A stretch of 64,000 bases of DNA. Origin: Fibrobacteria bacterium (GTDB taxonomy: Bacteria; Fibrobacterota; Fibrobacteria; UBA11236). Below the pieces are notes generated by a model, which was given only the letters and a program-made list of their open reading frames with translations, ran no database searches and was not told where the DNA came from. Shown here piece by piece: positions 58,424 to 64,000 of this stretch (positions within the stretch are counted from its first letter, which is position 1; every line of letters begins with the position of its first letter). The position numbers were made by a program, and so were the translations under genes. The stretch lies in the NCBI GenBank assembly GCA_043745805.1, contig JAYTSD010000006.1, positions 32,001-96,000 of the forward strand. Reading direction: 5' to 3'.

Positions 58424-59527
58424 GTGAAAACGCATTTTTTATCCTCAGCAAAATCCAAAAAAACCTTGATCTTTTGTCCTATTGGACTTGGCAATTTTAT
58501 TATGGCGACGCCGGCATTCCTTTTTTTAAGTGAAAATTTAGGGCGCAAAAACCTTTATCTATTAGCTTTAAAGCCCTCAATCGAAGCTTTGGCTAAAGAA
58601 AGCGGTTGCTTTCAAGAAGTTTTTTGTTGGGATCCCGATAAACAAGGATTAGCGATGGGTTTGCAAACTTTGCATAAAATTCGGGCGGAAAAATTTGCTT
58701 ATTCTTTGGCTTTATTTCCTAGTTCACATTGGAAATTTTCGCTCTTTGCTTTTATGGCAGGCATTCGGCAGAGATGGGGTTTTGGCTATGCGCATACACA
58801 ATGGCCGCGCTATTTGCAGCAAGTTTCTTTAAAGCTTGACGTTGACGCGCATGATACCCTACAAAATATGCATTTGGCCGAAACTTTTTTAGGGACCAAG
58901 AATTTGACTCCCGCAAAATTATTTTTTCCTCTTAAGCCCAGCCCTATAAGCCTATCTTCCGCAGCAAGCGAAATTTATTTTGTATGTCATCCTGGATCGA
59001 GTGCCGAACGGGGAATGGATGAAAAGCGTTTGCCTGCCGAACAATATGGTCAATTAATTTTGAAATTACATTCAGAATTAGGATTTAAATGTTTATTAAT
59101 CGGTGGACTGGAAGAGGAGAATTTACGTGCGGAAGTGAAGAAAATCGCCGCTTCAGCTCTAGTGGAATGGCCCTCGAAAAACCTTTCAGAATTAGCATGG
59201 CTAATACAAAACAGTCAGTTTTTTCTCGGCAATGATTCTGGGCTTATGCATATGGCCGTGGCTTTGGATAAGCGCTGCGTAGTTTTCTTTGGGCCTACGG
59301 ATGAAAAACGCACCGGTCCTTTTGAATACTGGGTGACACAAAATGGTTTACCTAAACATCTAATAATACGTCGCGAGGATTTGCAATGTGCTCCGTGTTG
59401 GACTATTCGAACCATAGGAAAAAATCCACCTTGTATACACAACGACACCCGTTGTCTACAGAACTTTCCTTTGCAAGCTTATTGGCCGCGGCTAAAATTA
59501 TTTTTACAAAATCTAAACAAGACTTAG
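58424..59527 (+). CDS. GT9 (ADP-heptose:LPS heptosyltransferase-like) glycosyltransferase
   Basis: GLGNFIMATP, HPGS, KRLP, IGG..E, GNDSGLMHMAVA, FFGPT, CAPC. Confidence 0.87.
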   Translation: MKTHFLSSAKSKKTLIFCPIGLGNFIMATPAFLFLSENLGRKNLYLLALKPSIEALAKESGCFQEVFCWDPDKQGLAMGLQTLHKIRAEKFAYSLALFPSSHWKFSLFAFMAGIRQRWGFGYAHTQWPRYLQQVSLKLDVDAHDTLQNMHLAETFLGTKNLTPAKLFFPLKPSPISLSSAASEIYFVCHPGSSAERGMDEKRLPAEQYGQLILKLHSELGFKCLLIGGLEEENLRAEVKKIAASALVEWPSKNLSELAWLIQNSQFFLGNDSGLMHMAVALDKRCVVFFGPTDEKRTGPFEYWVTQNGLPKHLIIRREDLQCAPCWTIRTIGKNPPCIHNDTRCLQNFPLQAYWPRLKLFLQNLNKT

Positions 59528-59688
59528 TTAAATAAAATCTTAAAGTACTTTCAACCGCTTGCTTGCAACTGAAAATAAAAAAGAGTCAAAAAGAGAGATT
59601 CTCTTTGCAGGTAAATGCTATTATTCTAATGCCTGATTAATTATGATTCATTTTCCTGTATCAATCTTAAAATAGTCTTAGAAAGAAC

Positions 59689-60879
59689 TTGATGAACGTA
59701 TTGCCTCCAAGGAAAAATTTTTGCTTTTTAATTCCTTCTTTGACCAGGCTTTTTTATGGATTATTGCTGGGCCTAATTATTTTTACATCGCAAGTTGTGG
59801 CTGCGGATCTTGGAACCGATATCATTACGGTTACCGATACCTCTTTGATACGTAGACTTTGGCAACATGCTTATCCCGATTCAACTCCTCCGACGGGGGA
59901 CTATCGGGTATGGTTCATTGCAGCGGACAGTAATCAAGAAAATGAAGCCGTTGCTTTTTTGCATAACGGCACCGAAATTTATCGCGATGATGGCACATAT
60001 GATGAATTTCAAAATGCGCGCGCGCGCGCTGGAGTCGAAGGGGAAAATGGAATACATGATCCCTTTGCGGCCTCTGCTTCCTTTTCCATTTGGGATGAAT
60101 TAAAAGCTACACCTAAAAAATGGGAAAGCTGGATGATTTGGCCCGCGGGATTAAAAATGTCCGCTGGAATGGCATTGGGTGGAATGCGTGGCGCCGATCC
60201 TGAAATGGAAAGACATTATGCCGCGACTTGGGAAGAAAATCTCTTTCATTATTTTTTATGTGGTGCGGGATTTCGTTGGGATGAATATGGTGGTGGATTA
60301 AATCGTAGCTTGCATTTATACGATACCTCAAGTAATGCCGATTGGTTTACCAGTTATGCTGGCTTTACTTTTGAACTTGGCGCTCCAGGCATACTTTATC
60401 AATTGGAAACAGCAGGACATCCCTTTCCTGAATATTATTGGTTGGAAAAACCCTTACCAATTATTCGTAGTCATAGCAAAGGTGTCGCTATAAGTGCTTG
60501 GGATGATAGCAGCTATGATAGCAATTGGCGACAAAAAATTACTTTGCGTTTAGGAGCCATACGCTATACCCTGCTTTTTGATTTTGATAGTTATCGCTCT
60601 TTAGTACAGCATTTTGGATTAGAGGATTTGTCGATTGGTAGCGGACACTATGGCATAGGACTTTTGGTCGCTCGGCATATTCTAGCACCTACCCTGTATT
60701 TGGAGTTATTTCCCACCGCATTTCTTTTCGCAAAATCAACCGCTTATCCGGTGGCACTCAAAACCGCCTCCGTACATTTTGATTTTCAATTTGCCGGACC
60801 CAGCACTTTATATTTAGGCCTGTCTTTACGATTACATATTGATAATCCCATTATGCATTTTTCCGGAGAAAAATTATGA
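59689..60879 (+). CDS. Hypothetical exported protein, aromatic/Gly-rich (possibly outer membrane)
   Basis: Signal peptide ending VVAA; Trp/Tyr/Gly-rich; ATGA overlap with the next gene. Confidence 0.6.
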   Translation: MMNVLPPRKNFCFLIPSLTRLFYGLLLGLIIFTSQVVAADLGTDIITVTDTSLIRRLWQHAYPDSTPPTGDYRVWFIAADSNQENEAVAFLHNGTEIYRDDGTYDEFQNARARAGVEGENGIHDPFAASASFSIWDELKATPKKWESWMIWPAGLKMSAGMALGGMRGADPEMERHYAATWEENLFHYFLCGAGFRWDEYGGGLNRSLHLYDTSSNADWFTSYAGFTFELGAPGILYQLETAGHPFPEYYWLEKPLPIIRSHSKGVAISAWDDSSYDSNWRQKITLRLGAIRYTLLFDFDSYRSLVQHFGLEDLSIGSGHYGIGLLVARHILAPTLYLELFPTAFLFAKSTAYPVALKTASVHFDFQFAGPSTLYLGLSLRLHIDNPIMHFSGEKL

Positions 60880-61952
60880 GTCCCGAAGCCCTTTATCGAC
60901 TATCCGAAGATCCTCTTAAGCAAGGTGAACGTGCATTAGATAAAATTCGTCGTCTAGCTTTTATTGCGACTTTCTTCCCCATACCTATAGTAAGCATGTC
61001 CGTAATTGGATTTTTTTGGTTTCAACCCCATTGGTATATGGATCCCTTTATGGTTTTGTTACTGGGTGTATTTACGATTGGCCAAACTTTAATTTTCACG
61101 CAACTTAGAGGCGTGATAAAAGGAGTTAAGAATACCGCTAAAGTTATTTTGGTTTTGCAAAATGCGGGAGATGAGCCTGACTTAGAAAAATTACGTGGAG
61201 AACTCAGAGAAAAAGTATCTCCCGGACATTTGCGTGATTTAGTATTGCGCTGGATTGATTTGGGATTACGCGGAGAAATAAAAGGCTCCGAAGCTTTGAT
61301 GGATAACTCTTCCGATCGACGCTCGTTAACGGATTTGCGAAATATGTCGGTACATGTTTCCCTCAATCGCACCACCCTAAAGCTCGGATTTTTAGGCACT
61401 TTAATTGGTTTAGTGATGACTTTCCCGCCAATGAAAAGAGCCATTTTAGGTTTAGGCAGCAGTGATGGGGAGTTGCGTTTTATTCATGATATTGCCGAAG
61501 CTATTGATGGCGATCAATATGCCATCATCGCTACTTTAGTAGCCACGGCACTTTCCGTTTTAATTGAATTGGTTACCGTACAGATTTTAGAAAGAGCTTT
61601 GGGTGGATTTGATTTAGTAAATAGCCATATTATCGATTGGAATTTAACGCGCTTGCAGCCTTGGATTCGTAAAAAATATGGTCCCGATGCTAAAGAGAGT
61701 CATTTAAAATCTGGCCAATTGCATTTGGAAGAGCGCCTATTGCAAGCGCAAGCAGAGATGGATAAAAATATTGGGCATATGCTCGATGCCATGGCGCGTA
61801 CTAGTAAACATTTAGAGTCCATCACCGAAGCTCAAAAAACCATTGGTCGCCGCGTTTTGGAATTAACGGAGTTTGAAAAACAATATCGCAGTTTTATACA
61901 GACTAAGCAAGAAGCTGCGGCTCCCACAACTATGCGGACGGAGAAGGGTTAA
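60876..61952 (+). CDS. MotA/TolQ/ExbB-family proton channel protein with C-terminal coiled-coil tail
   Basis: 2 N-terminal TM, LKLGFLGTLIGLV, AIIATLVATALSV, ~90-aa heptad-like tail. Confidence 0.7.
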   Translation: MSPEALYRLSEDPLKQGERALDKIRRLAFIATFFPIPIVSMSVIGFFWFQPHWYMDPFMVLLLGVFTIGQTLIFTQLRGVIKGVKNTAKVILVLQNAGDEPDLEKLRGELREKVSPGHLRDLVLRWIDLGLRGEIKGSEALMDNSSDRRSLTDLRNMSVHVSLNRTTLKLGFLGTLIGLVMTFPPMKRAILGLGSSDGELRFIHDIAEAIDGDQYAIIATLVATALSVLIELVTVQILERALGGFDLVNSHIIDWNLTRLQPWIRKKYGPDAKESHLKSGQLHLEERLLQAQAEMDKNIGHMLDAMARTSKHLESITEAQKTIGRRVLELTEFEKQYRSFIQTKQEAAAPTTMRTEKG

Positions 61953-62500
61953 TGAGTCGCTATCGCAGGGCTCGTCTCGATTTGGGCGAAGCGCTTTCCT
62001 TTGAAGATGTGCTCACGGTAATTACCGTATTATTGGTGTTACGTATGGTATTTATGGTGCCATTAGTGAATATTGACAAAGCGAAAACTGTGTCGGCTCG
62101 TCGCGACAGCTATTGGCCGCAAGAAGCCGGTTGGGTGCTTAGTCATCCCAAAGATTCCATCGAGATTCAGGCTTATCGCTCCGCTTTTGATTTAGATGGA
62201 CGCACGGTAAAGATTTCCAAAGAAATTAATAATGGACGAGAGGATATTTACCTAGAAGCTGTTAGCCCCGATAGTAGTTTGTTTATTCTCAAACAATATC
62301 CAACGACTTCACAGTTTATCGCGATGAATGTGCAAGGGCCAGGTCACGCCTTAAGTTTCCGTCGTGGCAAATTATTGTGGAGTGAGGTAGAAAAGGAATG
62401 GTTTGTCGCTGCCGATAGCATTGATTATGGCAATCATGCGCCGAGTAAAGCGATGGAAAATGAATTTCGCGCTTGGACAAAGAAACATCGGGGTTACTAA
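61952..62500 (+). CDS. MotB/ExbD-like single-pass partner with an unrecognised periplasmic domain
   Basis: Basic N-terminus RYRRAR, then SFEDVLTVITVLLVL with an Asp at the TM start; TAATG coupling to the MotA-like gene. Confidence 0.55.
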   Translation: MSRYRRARLDLGEALSFEDVLTVITVLLVLRMVFMVPLVNIDKAKTVSARRDSYWPQEAGWVLSHPKDSIEIQAYRSAFDLDGRTVKISKEINNGREDIYLEAVSPDSSLFILKQYPTTSQFIAMNVQGPGHALSFRRGKLLWSEVEKEWFVAADSIDYGNHAPSKAMENEFRAWTKKHRGY

Positions 62501-62510
62501 GGTGCGAGGC

Positions 62511-64000
62511 GTGAAAAAACATTTACTTAATCCCATGCATCGATTTATTGCTTTTAGCTTATTTATGCTAAATGTTTTTTGTTCCCTGAGTAGTGCAAAA
62601 AATGGCAATGAACCTTTAAATCATTTTGGATTAGCTGCCTTAACCGATGAGACTATTGCGGGACGTATTACGACACGTTTCAAAGCGCATGGCAAGCCGA
62701 TATTTATGATTCAAGACCTTAATGTGGGTTTGAGTCAAGGGGATATTATGCGCTTTCAAGACAAGGCTGTGTTAATTGATGCCGATGTATGGCAAACTTT
62801 ACAAGATGAAAATGCTTTACAGCATTTGAATCCTGCGCCCTTGCTGCGCGTGCAAGCGAAGGCCAGTGGAGTGGCTTGGGAAAATCGCGCCAAAATGGTA
62901 AGTTCACCGCGCGAAAAAAAAGCTTATTTATTGGGTTCAGAATTAATAAAAATTTTGGAAGACAATTTTGGCGGCGCTCCCGCACGAGAACAAATGGTCA
63001 TGACTTTTGATGGCCCTAATTTAGTGCTCATGGCGCCGGTTGAGTTTTATGATCAATTACGTTATACGCCGGTTAAACGCATTCCTTCTTCGGGCACGCC
63101 AAATTTTATTTCCCTTCCTCCCCAAGGCGCTTTTGTCGATCAAGATTTTTACTGGCAAGCTTGGGCGATAGATCCCACTGAGCCGGCAGGTAACTTGCGA
63201 TATACTATAACCGGAGAGTTACCTAAGGGCCTAGTGTGGGACGCTTCCTCTCATTCCTTAAGAGGAAAACCCTCGGTGGAAGGTCGTTTCAAATTAGTGG
63301 TTGAAGTGCGAAACAAAGGAAATGCCAATGATACACAAGGCATAATCATTGCGATACAAAATAATCATGCCCCATATTTAGCCCAAAGCCCAAAGGCTCT
63401 GGCGGTGGTGGGACAAAAGTGGTTTTATCATGCTGATGCGGTGGATAGAGATCATGCCGGTGAAACCATAAAAATACTCACACAACCTTTACCACCAGGC
63501 ATGGAATACGATTCCATTGCTCGAATTTTTACTTGGATACCGGCAGATACCTTAAGCGGCAAAGAATTTCCCTTTGCCTTGAGATTAATGGATCCTTTGA
63601 ATGCGCATACTGATCAACGCTTTACTTTAAAAGTTATTCCTGCCAAGGACTTGGCCTATACCAAAGATATTCACATCAATATTCCTTGGGATACCTTACA
63701 AGAAGGCCATAGTTATACTTGGGAAGCCGGAACTTCGGCAGCGGCTTGGTCGGAACAGGGGATAAGTCTTGTACAAGTTACAGGTGATGATAGTACCGAT
63801 TATACTGAAGGGACGGTGCATTTAAAGCCCATGCAAAGCGGTCAAATGAAATTGCAATTTCACTTTGAAGTATTGGGACAACCCTTATTGCAAGCTTTGA
63901 CTATTCCAGTAAAAAGAAATTTATCGCCTTATTTTGCAAGTACTTTAGGCGTCGGTGAATTTTTAACCGATCAAACGGCCATGTATAGGCCTGTGGCGGT
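62511..64000 (+). CDS. Large secreted protein with putative Ig (He_PIG/cadherin-like) repeats, partial
   Basis: Own translation from GTG 62511, open to the window end: signal peptide, GELPKGLVWDASSHSLRGKPSVEG, NHAP, AVDRD, PLPPGMEYDSIARIFTWIP. Confidence 0.75.
   Translation, partial: MKKHLLNPMHRFIAFSLFMLNVFCSLSSAKNGNEPLNHFGLAALTDETIAGRITTRFKAHGKPIFMIQDLNVGLSQGDIMRFQDKAVLIDADVWQTLQDENALQHLNPAPLLRVQAKASGVAWENRAKMVSSPREKKAYLLGSELIKILEDNFGGAPAREQMVMTFDGPNLVLMAPVEFYDQLRYTPVKRIPSSGTPNFISLPPQGAFVDQDFYWQAWAIDPTEPAGNLRYTITGELPKGLVWDASSHSLRGKPSVEGRFKLVVEVRNKGNANDTQGIIIAIQNNHAPYLAQSPKALAVVGQKWFYHADAVDRDHAGETIKILTQPLPPGMEYDSIARIFTWIPADTLSGKEFPFALRLMDPLNAHTDQRFTLKVIPAKDLAYTKDIHINIPWDTLQEGHSYTWEAGTSAAAWSEQGISLVQVTGDDSTDYTEGTVHLKPMQSGQMKLQFHFEVLGQPLLQALTIPVKRNLSPYFASTLGVGEFLTDQTAMYRPVA

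Noticed and set aside
60876-62500. Zorya (ZorAB) anti-phage system
   Set aside because: The partner lacks an OmpA-like peptidoglycan-binding domain and no ZorC/D/E is adjacent; kept only as an analogy
506-62985. Many 60-140 aa ORFs antisense to or nested in long genes (e.g. 506..772, 36122..36523, 46408..46695, 61022..61444, 62746..62985)
   Set aside because: They overlap well-supported genes or regulatory DNA and show no recognisable motifs; treated as shadow ORFs

Overview
AT-rich bacterial chromosomal window; secreted proteins with short C-terminal tails suggest a Gram-negative, possibly Fibrobacterota-like host (inference only). Left to right: a partial hypothetical gene, murD, a stand-alone gcvH, and a DUF4143-type AAA ATPase whose start codon abuts two tandem 32-bp palindromes. 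Next is a ~22 kb exopolysaccharide locus of the exosortase-A/PEP-CTERM-associated type: PLP decarboxylase, AMP ligase, two alpha/beta hydrolases, ACP, two asparagine-synthetase homologues, a flippase, a modified-sugar module, WecB, VanZ, a Wza-like exporter, a FemAB-like protein and a GT4. Then a nonsense-interrupted outer-membrane gene flanked by two GTAG-type REP-like palindromes; an XRE regulator divergent from a urate-oxidase-N-like membrane protein and cytochrome c; NAT, rpe and a K+/H+ antiporter. A ~20 kb sigma-54-type nitrate assimilation island follows: clade-2 chlorite dismutase, porin, NrtABC, orphan NasS-like sensor, MCP, NarK plus PP2C-kinase, NirA, CysJ-like flavoprotein, a DmsB-DmsC-like fusion and a Mo-bisPGD nitrate reductase. 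The window ends with a MazEF-type TA pair, a type III PKS/membrane protein/O-methyltransferase trio, a GT9, and a divergent MotA/ExbB-ExbD-like motor operon with a large Ig-repeat protein that runs off the end. The strongest candidates for undescribed biology are (i) a 31-nt structured leader motif shared by the nrtA and nirA 5' UTRs downstream of sigma-54 promoters, with an ANTAR-less NasS nearby, (ii) the apparently quinol-linked assimilatory nitrate reductase module, (iii) the ACP/ligase/decarboxylase/Cys-less amidotransferase EPS-decoration module and (iv) the motor plus Ig-protein operon. No rRNA, tRNA, CRISPR array or transposase was recognised. All functional calls come from motif recognition by eye, not database searches.
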